This document shows positions 47,088-56,157 of a stretch of 64,000 nt of DNA, piece after piece; the stretch's first letter is position 1; each line of letters starts with the position of its first letter. This DNA is from an uncultured Clostridia bacterium. GTDB lineage: Bacteria; Bacillota; Clostridia; Christensenellales; CAG-138. The translations under genes and the position numbers were made by a program. The stretch is from positions 134,585 to 198,584 of the forward strand of contig CAMKES010000002.1 of assembly GCA_946411635.1 (NCBI GenBank), written 5' to 3'. The notes beneath the pieces are model-generated. The model did no database searches and was not told the DNA's origin. It saw only the letters and a list, made by a program, of their open reading frames with translations.

Positions 47088-48530
47088 ATGGAAGTCAGAA
47101 CCAGATTTGCCCCGTCCCCGACGGGATATATGCATCTCGGCAATCTCCGCAGCGCGCTCTATACGTATCTGTACGCCAGAGCGAACGGCGGAAAGTTCAT
47201 CCTGCGCATCGAGGATACCGATCAGAGCCGCTACGTGCCCGGCGCGGTCGACGTGATCTACCGCACGCTGAAAAGCATCGGCATGCAGTGGGACGAGGGT
47301 CCCGATATCGGCGGCGATTACGGTCCGTACGTGCAGAGCGAGCGCAAGAATCTGTATCTGCCCTACGCCGAGCAGCTCGTGAAGGCGGGCAAGGCGTATT
47401 ACTGCTTCTGCACCGAGGAGGAACTGAGCTCCCGCCGCGAGGAAGCGCAGAAGCGCGGCGAGACGTTCAAGTACGACAAGCACTGCCTGCACCTTTCCCC
47501 CGAGGAAGTGCAGCGCCGCATTGCGGCGGGCGAGCCGTACGTCATCCGGCAGAACGTGCCGGAGCACGGCGAAGCGTCGTTCGACGACGTTCTGTACGGG
47601 CACATCGCAGTGGACTGCGCCGATCTGGACGACATGATCCTGATCAAGGCGGACGGCATGCCGACGTACAATTTTGCGAACGTCATCGACGACCACACGA
47701 TGGGCATCACGCACGTCATGCGCGGCAACGAGTACCTTTCGAGCACGCCGAAATACAATCTGCTGTACGACGCGTTCGGCTGGGAGAAGCCGGTCTACAT
47801 CCATATGACGCCGATCATGCGCGACGCGACGCATAAGCTTTCAAAGCGCGACGGCGACGCGTACTTTGAGGACTATCTCAACAAGGGCTACCTCAAGGAA
47901 GCGATCGTGAACTACGTTGCGCTTCTGGGCTGGAATCCCGGTGACGAGCGCGAGTTCTTCACGCTTGACGAGCTGATCGGCGCGTTCTCCGTGGACGGCA
48001 TGAGCAAGTCCCCCGCCATCTTCGACGTGAACAAGCTCACCTGGATGAACGCCGAATACGTGCGCCGTCTCACGCCGGAGCAGTTCACCGAATACGCCCT
48101 GCCCTACTATGAAAAGGCGGGCGTGAGCGCGGAGCACGCGGATCTGCTTGCGCGGATCCTGCAGCAGCGCACCGAGGTCTTCTCGCAGATCCCGGAGATG
48201 CTCGATTTCATCCCGCAGCTCCCGGATTACGACGCCGAGCTGTTCACAAACAAGAAGAGCAAGACGAATCCGGAGATCGCAAAGCACGTGCTTACGATCG
48301 CGATCGACGCGCTTACGGCGCTTCCCGCGTGGGAGGAGCAGCCGATCCACGACGCGCTTTTAGGCCTTGCCGAAAAGGAAGGCATGAAGAACGGCACGAT
48401 GCTCTGGCCGGCGCGCATCGCGCTCGCGGGCAAGCAGGTCACGCCGGGCGGCGCGATCGAGATCGCGATCCTTCTGGGGCGTGAGGAATCCCTGCGCCGT
48501 CTGAAGATCGGATTAGAGAAGCTTTCGTAA
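47088..48530 (+). CDS. gltX: Glutamate--tRNA ligase
   Basis: 480 aa (MEVRTRFAPSPTGYMHLGNLRSALY...) with KLSKRDG as the KMSKS motif. The ATG at 47088 has an AAGGAG RBS. Confidence 0.95.
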   Translation: MEVRTRFAPSPTGYMHLGNLRSALYTYLYARANGGKFILRIEDTDQSRYVPGAVDVIYRTLKSIGMQWDEGPDIGGDYGPYVQSERKNLYLPYAEQLVKAGKAYYCFCTEEELSSRREEAQKRGETFKYDKHCLHLSPEEVQRRIAAGEPYVIRQNVPEHGEASFDDVLYGHIAVDCADLDDMILIKADGMPTYNFANVIDDHTMGITHVMRGNEYLSSTPKYNLLYDAFGWEKPVYIHMTPIMRDATHKLSKRDGDAYFEDYLNKGYLKEAIVNYVALLGWNPGDEREFFTLDELIGAFSVDGMSKSPAIFDVNKLTWMNAEYVRRLTPEQFTEYALPYYEKAGVSAEHADLLARILQQRTEVFSQIPEMLDFIPQLPDYDAELFTNKKSKTNPEIAKHVLTIAIDALTALPAWEEQPIHDALLGLAEKEGMKNGTMLWPARIALAGKQVTPGGAIEIAILLGREESLRRLKIGLEKLS

Positions 48531-48542
48531 GGAGGAACGGAT

Positions 48543-49634
48543 ATGAAGCTGGGTGTCATCGGACTGCCGAACGTCGGCAAGTCCACGCTGTTCAACGCCA
48601 TCACCCGCGCGGGCGCGCAGGCGGCGAACTATCCGTTCTGCACGATCGAGCCGAACGTCGGCGTCGTTTCCGTGCCGGATCACCGGCTGGACGTGCTCGC
48701 GGAGATGCATCATCCCGAGAAATACACGCCTGCGGTCATCGAGTTTGTCGATATCGCGGGACTGGTGCGCGGCGCGTCCCGCGGCGAGGGGCTCGGCAAC
48801 AAGTTCCTGTCGCACATCCGCGAGGTCGACGCCGTGGTGCACGTCGTGCGCTGCTTTGACGACGACAACGTCGTGCACGTGGACGGCAGCGTAAACCCCG
48901 CCCGCGACGCGGAGACGATCAACCTTGAGCTGATCTTCGCGGACATGGAGACCGTCGAAAAGCGCATCGACCGCCAGCAGAAGATGGCGAAGAGCGGCGA
49001 CAAGAAGCTGCTCGTCGAGATCGATCTTCTGAAACGCATCTACGCGCACCTCGAGAGCGGCAAACCGGTCCGCACGCTTGAAGCAGACAAGGACGAGCAG
49101 GAGGCGATCAGGGGGCTGTTCCTTCTCACCTCGAAGCCCGTCATCTACGTGGCGAACGTCAGCGAGGACGACCTCGGCGGCGAGCCGAACGGCTACGTGA
49201 AGACGCTCTACGAGATCGCAAAGAACGAGGGCGCGGAGGCGATGACCGTCTGCGCGAAGCTTGAGGAAGAGGTCGCGGAGCTCGATCCGGACGAAAAGCA
49301 GGCGTTTCTTGAGGAAATGGGCGTGCACGAATCCGGTCTCGATCAGCTCGTCAAGGCGTGCTACCGGCTTCTGGGGCTCATCAGCTTCCTGACCGCGGGA
49401 CCCAAGGAGGTCCGCGCATGGACGATCCAGAAGGGCACCAAGGCGCCGCAGGCCGCCGGCAAGATCCACAGCGATTTCGAGCGCGGCTTCATCCGCGCCG
49501 CCGTCGTGCCGTACGAAACGCTCGTCGAGCACGGCTCGATCGCGGCCTGCAAGGAAAAGGGCCTCGTCCGTTCCGAGGGCAAGGAATACGTCATGCAGGA
49601 CGGCGACGTCGTGGAATTCTTCTTCAACGTATAA
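48543..49634 (+). CDS. ychF: Redox-regulated ATPase YchF (Obg-like)
   Basis: 363 aa (MKLGVIGLPNVGKSTLFNAIT...ANYPFCTIEPNVG) with a TGS-type C-terminus. Confidence 0.95.
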   Translation: MKLGVIGLPNVGKSTLFNAITRAGAQAANYPFCTIEPNVGVVSVPDHRLDVLAEMHHPEKYTPAVIEFVDIAGLVRGASRGEGLGNKFLSHIREVDAVVHVVRCFDDDNVVHVDGSVNPARDAETINLELIFADMETVEKRIDRQQKMAKSGDKKLLVEIDLLKRIYAHLESGKPVRTLEADKDEQEAIRGLFLLTSKPVIYVANVSEDDLGGEPNGYVKTLYEIAKNEGAEAMTVCAKLEEEVAELDPDEKQAFLEEMGVHESGLDQLVKACYRLLGLISFLTAGPKEVRAWTIQKGTKAPQAAGKIHSDFERGFIRAAVVPYETLVEHGSIAACKEKGLVRSEGKEYVMQDGDVVEFFFNV

Positions 49635-49640
49635 CGAACG

Positions 49641-49664
49641 CGGCGGGGATCCCCCGCCGTTTTC
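49641..49664 (+). terminator. Hairpin/terminator after ychF
   Basis: CGGCGGGG-atc-CCCCGCCG followed by TTTTCC, 7 nt after the ychF stop. Confidence 0.55.
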
Positions 49665-49679
49665 CCGGAAAGGAGCCGT

Positions 49680-50264
49680 ATGAAGCATTTTGAAACCGAA
49701 TTGCCCGAAGGATACGAACCGGTTTGCGAGATCGACGCGAAGAATCGAAAGACCGTCGTTCTGATGAACCTCGCCGGACTTCTGATCTTTCTCCTCGTTC
49801 TGTTGCCGTTTGTTCTGGTCATCGGATTCCGCGAACTGTTCATGATCGGACGCGGCAAGCTTCTCCTGTTTTACGCGGTCTTCTTCGGCGGTTTGATCCT
49901 GTACGTCATTCTGCACGAGCTCGTGCACGGCGCTGCATACAAGCTGCTGACGCGCCGCAAGCTGACGTTCGGGATCTCGCTCTCCGTCGCGTACTGCGGC
50001 GTTCCGGGCATTTTCGTCTACCGCAAGACGAGCCTGATCGCGACGCTCGCGCCGTTCGTCGTCTTCACGGCGGTCTTTCTGCCGCTTGCGCTGTTCGTGC
50101 GGACACCCTTCCTGCGGATCGCCTTTATTCTGCTGCTTTGCTCGCATGTATGCGGCTGCATCGGCGACCTGTACGGCGCGTATCTGATGCTGTTCCGCCT
50201 CCGCGATCCGAAGCTTCTGGTTCGCGACACGGGACCGAAACAGACCTATTATCTGCCCGAATAA
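49680..50264 (+). CDS. DUF3267-family putative membrane zinc metallopeptidase
   Basis: 194 aa with several TM segments and an HELVH (HExxH) motif. The family assignment is from recollection. Confidence 0.65.
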   Translation: MKHFETELPEGYEPVCEIDAKNRKTVVLMNLAGLLIFLLVLLPFVLVIGFRELFMIGRGKLLLFYAVFFGGLILYVILHELVHGAAYKLLTRRKLTFGISLSVAYCGVPGIFVYRKTSLIATLAPFVVFTAVFLPLALFVRTPFLRIAFILLLCSHVCGCIGDLYGAYLMLFRLRDPKLLVRDTGPKQTYYLPE

Positions 50265-50271
50265 AGCATAC

Positions 50272-50303
50272 AAAAAAAGACCCGGCTTCCCGGGTCTTTT
50301 TCT
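50272..50303. terminator. Bidirectional terminator
   Basis: AAAAAAA-GACCCGG-cttc-CCGGGTC-TTTTTCTT, placed between the convergent genes ending at 50264 (+) and 50304 (-). Confidence 0.85.
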
Positions 50304-50684
50304 TCACGCTTTTCCTGAGATCGTTTCTTGCATCGAAATCGTGATCGTCACATCGCCGTTTCCGAGCAGCTCTTCCATCTCCGCCGCGGTGCGATCCGTC
50401 ACCTTTCCGAGCCGCGTATACGACCACGCGTTCGATCCGTAAAAGATCACGATCCGATCGCTTGCATACAGTACGATGTCGCCTGCCTGCGTTACGGTCT
50501 CGCGATCGCTGCTCGGCAGGCGTGTGCCGAGCGATCCGACCTGTTCAAATCCGCCGTACATCGATAGTTCGATCGTAAGCGGGCCGGACGAAACCAGTGC
50601 CTTCAACGCATCGACCGATGCATTGTCTTCCCACGCGACCGAAACCACCGTTCCGTCGATGGACAGCTGCAGGTTTTTTTCCAT
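50304..50684 (-). CDS. Cyclophilin-like-fold protein
   Basis: 126 aa (MEKNLQLSIDGTVVSVAWEDNASVDALKALV...GDIVLYASDRIVIFYGSNAWSYTRLGKV), typical of the small cyclophilin-like family. The ATG at 50684 has AGGAGG 10 nt upstream. See the finding on the out-of-frame signal peptide upstream. Confidence 0.7.
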   Translation of the reverse strand: MEKNLQLSIDGTVVSVAWEDNASVDALKALVSSGPLTIELSMYGGFEQVGSLGTRLPSSDRETVTQAGDIVLYASDRIVIFYGSNAWSYTRLGKVTDRTAAEMEELLGNGDVTITISMQETISGKA

Positions 50685-50692
50685 GATAGGCA

Positions 50693-50854
50693 TGCCTCCT
50701 TCCGGACTCTCCGCGTTTGGTTCTGTCGTATTACAGGTTCGCTCGGGCTTGCTATGGGTGTCGGATCCGGGGTGCGCGTTGCCTCCTGTGTACCACAGGA
50801 AACCGCGCTGAAAAGCAGCAGCAATGCGATCGCCTGTGCGATGATCCGTTTCAT
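50693..50854 (-). other. Out-of-frame lipoprotein signal-peptide ORF fragment upstream of the cyclophilin-like domain
   Basis: The ORF at 50603..50854 starts MKRIIAQAIALLLLFSAVSC|GTQEATRTPDPTPIASPSEP with an AAGGAG RBS. It then runs into the cyclophilin-like gene in a different frame and decays into Arg/Cys/Ser-rich sequence. Confidence 0.45.
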
Positions 50855-50911
50855 TTCCCTTCTCCTTTCCCCTTTCCGTCGGTCCGATCCGCTTGAACCT
50901 CTGCAAGTTCA

Positions 50912-50937
50912 GAAACAAAACCGCCCGCATGCGGGCG
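50912..50937 (-). terminator. Terminator after the CBS-domain gene
   Basis: The minus strand reads CGCCCGC-AT-GCGGGCG followed by GTTTTGTTTCT, 11 nt after the stop at 50948. Confidence 0.65.
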
Positions 50938-50947
50938 ATCCTGTTGC

Positions 50948-51352
50948 TTATGCTTGTTTCTGCAACTCCTGCATAAAATGCCGCAAAATTGCTTTTCTGG
51001 TGACGATGCCGATAAACATGCCGCGGTCGTCGACCACCGGAACGAAGTTCTGTTCCATCGCGCGCTGCAGAAGATCCTCGATCGAAGCGAACGCGTTCAC
51101 CGGCGGGTTGAAATCGGGCCGGATCACGTCCATCAGCCTAACGTGCTCCCAATCCTTCTGCGTGTCCTCCTTGAGCACCGCCCGCAGAAGATCGCCCTCG
51201 GACGCCGTTCCGCAGTACCGCCCCTCCGCGTCGATCACGGGGACCGCGCTGCGTCCCGTCGCGTTGAGCTTTTCGACCGCCTGCCGAAGCGTGCAGTCGC
51301 TGTCCAGCACGCACACATCGCATTTCGGCATCAGAAAGAATAACAGGTTCAT
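50948..51352 (-). CDS. CBS-domain pair protein
   Basis: 134 aa with two CBS-like segments (..LRQAVEKLNATGRSAVPVIDAEGRYCG.., ..IEDLLQRAMEQNFVPVVDDRGMFIGIVTRKAIL). The ATG at 51352 has an AAGGAG RBS 7 nt upstream. Confidence 0.82.
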   Translation of the reverse strand: MNLLFFLMPKCDVCVLDSDCTLRQAVEKLNATGRSAVPVIDAEGRYCGTASEGDLLRAVLKEDTQKDWEHVRLMDVIRPDFNPPVNAFASIEDLLQRAMEQNFVPVVDDRGMFIGIVTRKAILRHFMQELQKQA

Positions 51353-51500
51353 ACGAGTCTCCTTTCTTGCTGTATTGATTATACAAAATCCTATGCCCGC
51401 GGTCAATCCGCCGACGCGAAATGTCACGGATTCGTCACAAATGTCGGAACGGACCCTGCGGCATGCGGATGCTATCCGCCCCTACGGAGATATCGACCTG

Positions 51501-51554
51501 TTGACAAATTGGTTTATCCATGATAAACTAAACGCAAGTTTATCGGGAATAAAC
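51501..51554 (+). promoter_or_regulatory. Promoter with two palindromic operator-like sites upstream of the blaI-like gene
   Basis: TTGACA (51501-51506), 17 nt, then TAAACT (51524-51529) with TG at 51521-51522 (one base off canonical extended -10 spacing). The palindrome GTTTATC-cat-GATAAAC (51512-51528) overlaps the -10 element. A second palindrome, GTTTAT-cggga-ATAAAC (51538-51554), lies just before the RBS. Confidence 0.6.
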
Positions 51555-51571
51555 CAAAAGGAGGTTTGCTT

Positions 51572-51937
51572 ATGACCGAACTGGGCGAAGTGCAGGCACG
51601 GTTTGCGGACATCGTCTGGGCAAACGCGCCGATCCCCTCCGGGGAATTGGTGAAACTCTGTGAAAAGGAGCTCAACTGGAAAAAGCCGACGACCTACACG
51701 GTACTGCGGAAACTCTGCGAAAAGGGACTGTTTGAAAACAGCGACGGCTTTGTGAAAGCAAAGATCACGCGCGAACAGTTCTATTCCAGCATGAGCGAGC
51801 AGTTCGTGGAGGAGAGCTTTTCGGGCTCGCTGCCCGCGTTCATCGCGGCGTTCACGGCAAGGAAGCCCCTCTCCGATGCCGAGGCGGACGAGATCATGAA
51901 GATGATCGCATCGTACCGAAAGGAGCGTCAATCATGA
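51572..51937 (+). CDS. BlaI/MecI/CopY-family winged-helix transcriptional repressor
   Basis: 121 aa (MTELGEVQARFADIVWANAPIPSGELVKLCEKELNWKKPTTYTVLRKLCEKGL...). The ATG at 51572 has an AAGGAGG RBS 7 nt upstream. Its stop overlaps the downstream M56 gene start. Confidence 0.88.
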   Translation: MTELGEVQARFADIVWANAPIPSGELVKLCEKELNWKKPTTYTVLRKLCEKGLFENSDGFVKAKITREQFYSSMSEQFVEESFSGSLPAFIAAFTARKPLSDAEADEIMKMIASYRKERQS

Positions 51938-54900
51938 GCAGTCTCTTCTTGCATCTTCTGAACATCAGCATCACTGCGGGCTGGATCGTGCTCGTCGTCG
52001 TGCTGCTGCGCTTTGTGCTGAAAAAGGCGCCGAAATGGATGTGCGTGGTGCTGTGGGGACTGGTAGCGCTGCGGCTCATTCTGCCGGTGTCGATCGAGAG
52101 CGTGACGAGCCTTGTCCCGAGCGCCGAGACGGTCAAGATCGAATCCGTCGCCCGCGTGACGCCGTCCGATCCTTCCTCCGTCCCCGCATCCGCTGCCGGC
52201 GAACGCATCGTCGTCGAAACCGGTATCCCCATCATGAACAGTGCCGTCTCGCCGATCGCGGAACGCACAGCGGAACATACCGATACGGTCGCGACCGTCA
52301 AGACCGTCGCCGGCTGGGTGTGGCTCGCGGGCGCTTGCGCCATGCTTCTGTATGCGCTGATCAGCTTTCTGCGGCTCAAGCACCGCGTCCGCGCATCCGT
52401 TCTGCTTGAAAAGGGTGTGTACGTGTGCGACGAGATCAAGGATCCGTTCATTCTCGGGCTGCTCTTCCCGAAAATCTATCTCCCCTCCGGCATGGACGAA
52501 GCAACCCGCGCCTATGTGCTTGCGCATGAGCGTGCGCACCTCAAACGCTTCGATCACATCTGGAAGCCGCTCGGATTTTTGCTGCTTGCAGTCTACTGGT
52601 TCAACCCGCTTCTGTGGCTTGCCTATATCCTCCTTTGCCGCGACGTGGAGCTTGCATGCGACGAGAAGGTCGTAAAGGAACTCGACGATACGGGCAAGGC
52701 CGCCTATTCCGAAGCGCTTGTAACCGCAAGCGTTTCCCGCCGTTCGATCGCCGCCTGCCCCCTTGCCTTCGGCGAGACCGGCGTGAAAAGCCGCGTCAAG
52801 TCCGTTCTGAACTACAAAAAGCCCGCGTTCTGGATCATCCTTGCCGCGATCCTTTGCTGCATCGCCGTTGCGGTGTGCTTTCTGACCGTGCCGAAGAAGA
52901 AGGAGAACACCTACGTCGGAACGTGGGAGCTGTCCAAGCTGATAACGGAAGGACAGGAATTTGACGCCGCGTTTCTTACCATGTTCGGCATGGATAAGGA
53001 TACGATTGTGCTCGATGCGGACGGCACCGGCAAACGGGTTACAGAAACGAATGGCGAGATCAGCGAATGGACAGCGACCTATACTGTGAACGGGAACGAA
53101 CTGGAAATTGTATTTGTATTATCCGAAACAAGCGGATCAAGCGGATATCGCATCACAAAAGCTGCGGCCTACGATCCGAAAAGCGATACGCTGTCCCTTG
53201 TAAATGAATACGAAACTTACATCTACATACGCGCAGGCGGCGAACAACCGGTGCCCGATGCTTCACTGACCGTCGAGAAGCTGGTCGGCGTCTGGCGAAC
53301 GGACGGCATCAAACTGTCCGACGATGAGCCCGGCATGCTGTCCGGCACGCTGATTTTCCGCAAGGATGGCAGCGCAGGCCTGAATCTTTCGGCAGGCAGC
53401 GGGGCGATGCAGGAGGAATGCACGTTCACGCTGAACGGCAACACGATCGAGCTGACTTCCCGCGGTCAAACTGCGCCGGTCTCCTACGACCCTGCACATG
53501 ACACTCTCTCCCTCCCCATGATGAATATCGGGATCCTGACCTTTAAGCGCACAGATGAACCGTTCCCCGATCTGAACGAAACGATGCTCTGCTCAGTATG
53601 GACGCTTTACGAGCTGGAAGCGCCAGACGGCAGCAACGGGGATCCTCGCGCGCTCGGGATCGAACAGTATCTGGACTTCCGTTCCGACGGAATCGTTCAC
53701 TTCGTTGAACGCAATTTGGAAAACTACAGCGAGGGGACCGCATCGTATTCGTTTGAAAACAACACGGTTATGATCGAAGGCTCCTCGGCCTTAACATACG
53801 ACCCTGATACAGGAGATATGCTGCTCACAGACCCGATTTCCGACGATATCGCCATATGGAGATTCTATCGCACGCCGTATGCGGAGCTTCCTCTGACGGA
53901 GGCAAGATTTGTCGGTGCCTGGACGATCGAATCCATGGATCTCAACGGGACCGACGTTACGGAAGAGGATGCTTACCGCACATACCGGGGTCTTACGGTC
54001 GAGTTGTATCGCTCCGGAAACGTCCTGATCGACGGCCGTTCCGACCACAGATGGGAACCGGGCTTTACGTGGAGCTTCGATGGCAACAATACCGTTATCC
54101 TGAAGAACAATGCGTCGGGCAGTGAATTATCGCTGTCCTGCAGCAACGATCTGCTCATCCTCTCCGCTTCGGATCTGTTCGACGAAGCCGAACCGGATCT
54201 CCGTCTGACGCTGAAACGCGATCCCACGATCCCGCTTCCGTCCGAAACGATCCCGGTCTCGCCGGTCTCCCCTGCGCCGGAGTCTGCCGTCACGGAATGG
54301 CTGGACTATTATGAGAAGAGCAGCGAAATGCCTTGGGGCGATGCGAAGGAAATCGCGATCGACGCCTTCCCGGACGTGACGTTCCGCTGGACGTCCGGCA
54401 GCGTGGAGGCGATCGAAAACGGCAAGACGCGCACACTGTTTTCCGGCATGCCTGTGTGGAGCGTGTACTTTACCGATCTCACCGGCGACGGCAAGCCGGA
54501 GCTTTGCGCTACGGTCAGCTTCGGCTCCGGCATCGTCGACGAGCATATCGTTGTGTACGATTACGCGAACAAACAGAGCTATACGCTTTGGGATCGCGGC
54601 ACGTTCGATTATCATCTGACGACGGCGGACGACGCGCTGCAGGTGAGCAAGCTGCCGTACAACAACAGCACGGCGCCTTTGCTCGATACCGGCGCGCTTC
54701 TGATGCACGACGGCGTCCTCTCCTGCCGCTGGCAAAGCGACGGCTCCTATGCACCGCTACTTCCCGAGCTGCACGAATCGGAACTTTACGGCGAATGGCT
54801 TGTGGAGGAAGAAACAGACAACGACGGCAACGTGCTGTATACCTTCGCACCGGACGATCTCTGGAAAGAATACAGCTTCCGCGAGGACGGCACGGTAGTC

Positions 54901-55113
54901 TATAATGAGACGGTCCCGAGCTCCTCGGATTCCGAAAAGGCGTTCGGGCATCCGGTCGAATACCCCTATGAGGTGCACGACGGTTATGTGTACATTGATG
55001 ACGGACGCTCCACGAGCGGCTACCTCGATCCGCAGACGCGCAAGCTGGAACTGAACTATCAGCACTCGCCCGGGCAGTATGTGTATGCGACGCTGAAGCG
55101 GATGGGCGAATAG
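51934..55113 (+). CDS. BlaR1/MecR1-type M56 peptidase-domain membrane sensor with a ~700-aa repeat-containing C-terminal extension
   Basis: 1059 aa. The N-terminal ~290 aa have TM segments, the zinc motif AHERAHLKRFDH and a FNPLLWL segment typical of M56. After another TM segment come at least five related ~100-aa modules that begin (Y/L/F)VG.W or LYGEW, plus a TDLTGDGKPEL (FG-GAP/VCBS-like) segment. Confidence 0.85.
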   Translation: MSSLFLHLLNISITAGWIVLVVVLLRFVLKKAPKWMCVVLWGLVALRLILPVSIESVTSLVPSAETVKIESVARVTPSDPSSVPASAAGERIVVETGIPIMNSAVSPIAERTAEHTDTVATVKTVAGWVWLAGACAMLLYALISFLRLKHRVRASVLLEKGVYVCDEIKDPFILGLLFPKIYLPSGMDEATRAYVLAHERAHLKRFDHIWKPLGFLLLAVYWFNPLLWLAYILLCRDVELACDEKVVKELDDTGKAAYSEALVTASVSRRSIAACPLAFGETGVKSRVKSVLNYKKPAFWIILAAILCCIAVAVCFLTVPKKKENTYVGTWELSKLITEGQEFDAAFLTMFGMDKDTIVLDADGTGKRVTETNGEISEWTATYTVNGNELEIVFVLSETSGSSGYRITKAAAYDPKSDTLSLVNEYETYIYIRAGGEQPVPDASLTVEKLVGVWRTDGIKLSDDEPGMLSGTLIFRKDGSAGLNLSAGSGAMQEECTFTLNGNTIELTSRGQTAPVSYDPAHDTLSLPMMNIGILTFKRTDEPFPDLNETMLCSVWTLYELEAPDGSNGDPRALGIEQYLDFRSDGIVHFVERNLENYSEGTASYSFENNTVMIEGSSALTYDPDTGDMLLTDPISDDIAIWRFYRTPYAELPLTEARFVGAWTIESMDLNGTDVTEEDAYRTYRGLTVELYRSGNVLIDGRSDHRWEPGFTWSFDGNNTVILKNNASGSELSLSCSNDLLILSASDLFDEAEPDLRLTLKRDPTIPLPSETIPVSPVSPAPESAVTEWLDYYEKSSEMPWGDAKEIAIDAFPDVTFRWTSGSVEAIENGKTRTLFSGMPVWSVYFTDLTGDGKPELCATVSFGSGIVDEHIVVYDYANKQSYTLWDRGTFDYHLTTADDALQVSKLPYNNSTAPLLDTGALLMHDGVLSCRWQSDGSYAPLLPELHESELYGEWLVEEETDNDGNVLYTFAPDDLWKEYSFREDGTVVYNETVPSSSDSEKAFGHPVEYPYEVHDGYVYIDDGRSTSGYLDPQTRKLELNYQHSPGQYVYATLKRMGE

Positions 55114-55127
55114 AACGAATCCCATCG

Positions 55128-55166
55128 AATCCCGCCGTTTGCGTATGGACGGCGGGATTATGTTCA
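55128..55166 (+). terminator. Hairpin after the M56 sensor gene (weak U-tract)
   Basis: AATCCCGCCGT-10 nt loop-ACGGCGGGATT followed by ATGTTC. Confidence 0.4.
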
Positions 55167-55188
55167 TGCTATGGACGAGGTGATGAAT

Positions 55189-55653
55189 ATGAAACTGACA
55201 CAAAAAGAAACGATGCTTCTGAAGGATCTCAAAAACTCCGAGGAGATCTGTATCGAAAAGTACGGCACCTACGCAGAACGCGCCGAGGATCCCGAGCTCA
55301 AACAGCTCTTTGAAACGATCCGTTCTCACGAGCTCAAGCATCTGGAGACCATCGAATCGCTGATGCAGGGCACGGTCCCGATGACGGGCGGCGGACAGCA
55401 GAATCAGCAGCAGAATCAGCAGAGCGGTTCTGCCTGCTGCGGCGAATGCGACCGCAAGATGAGCAAGAACGACGAGTATCTGGTGCGCGACGCGCTGGAC
55501 ACCGAGAAGCACGTCTCGTCCGTGTACGACACCTGTATCTTTGAATTCAACGACGCCGGCGCGCGCGACGCCTTGAACCACATCCAGAAGGAAGAACAGC
55601 AGCACGGCAAACAGCTTTACGATTACATGAGCTGCCACGGCATGTGCGCGTGA
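55189..55653 (+). CDS. CotF/coat-F-domain spore coat-like protein
   Basis: 154 aa with two coat-F-type helical halves (KETMLLKDLKNSEEICIEKYGTYAERAED..LKQLFETIRSHELKHLETI; DEYLVRDALDTEKHVSSVYDTCIFEFND..ARDALNHIQKEEQQHGKQLYDYM) joined by a Gln-rich linker. The start was set at 55189, with GAGG 9 nt upstream. Confidence 0.75.
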   Translation: MKLTQKETMLLKDLKNSEEICIEKYGTYAERAEDPELKQLFETIRSHELKHLETIESLMQGTVPMTGGGQQNQQQNQQSGSACCGECDRKMSKNDEYLVRDALDTEKHVSSVYDTCIFEFNDAGARDALNHIQKEEQQHGKQLYDYMSCHGMCA

Positions 55654-55654
55654 C

Positions 55655-55690
55655 CCAAAACAAAACAGAGCCGCTTTCGCGGCTCTTTTC
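55655..55690. terminator. Bidirectional terminator
   Basis: AGAGCCGC-tttc-GCGGCTCT-TTTC, placed between the convergent genes ending at 55653 (+) and 55691 (-). Confidence 0.75.
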
Positions 55691-56071
55691 TTATGCCTTT
55701 TTGCAGTACGCTTCGATCGCCGTCTTTACGAATTCCGCCGTGCCTTCCCCTCCCGCGGCGTCGATATTCGCCTTGAACCGTTCGTCCGCAACGTACATCT
55801 GTCCAAGGCCGAACAGGATTTCGTCGGTACAGCGATAGTAATGCGCGCTGATGTAATCCTGCAGCTCCTTCACCTTTTCCTGCGCCGCTTCCGCCGTCGG
55901 GTCTCCCCCTTTGAGCGCGCCGAAGTCCGCAAAGATCGCCATGAGCCGCGCCTCCTTGCCGGCCTGCTTCGGTCTGTTCTCGTATTCGCGGTACGCCTGC
56001 GTTTCGCCCCACCGCGCCTTCGCTTCGGCGGCGTACGCCTGCTCCCTGCTCTTATCAAACGTTGGATCCAT
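55691..56071 (-). CDS. Stand-alone TipAS-like antibiotic-recognition domain protein
   Basis: 126 aa (EAKARWGETQAYREYENR...YISAHYYRCTDEILFGLGQMYVADERFKANID), like the C-terminal domain of TipA/MerR-family proteins. No MerR DNA-binding N-terminus is present. Confidence 0.7.
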   Translation of the reverse strand: MDPTFDKSREQAYAAEAKARWGETQAYREYENRPKQAGKEARLMAIFADFGALKGGDPTAEAAQEKVKELQDYISAHYYRCTDEILFGLGQMYVADERFKANIDAAGGEGTAEFVKTAIEAYCKKA

Positions 56072-56157
56072 TTTCTCCCTCCCGTACGCTTATCATAACC
56101 CCAAAGGCGGGGCGCGCGTCAAGTCTTTTTTCGACGTTTTTTCTTTTCGGAAAAGGG

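Noticed and set aside
50603-50854. Treating the 83-aa signal-peptide ORF as an independent small lipoprotein gene.
   Set aside because: Beyond the signal and linker its sequence is Arg/Cys/Ser/Trp-rich junk that overlaps the cyclophilin-like gene. It is more parsimoniously the 5' part of a frameshifted gene (see the finding).
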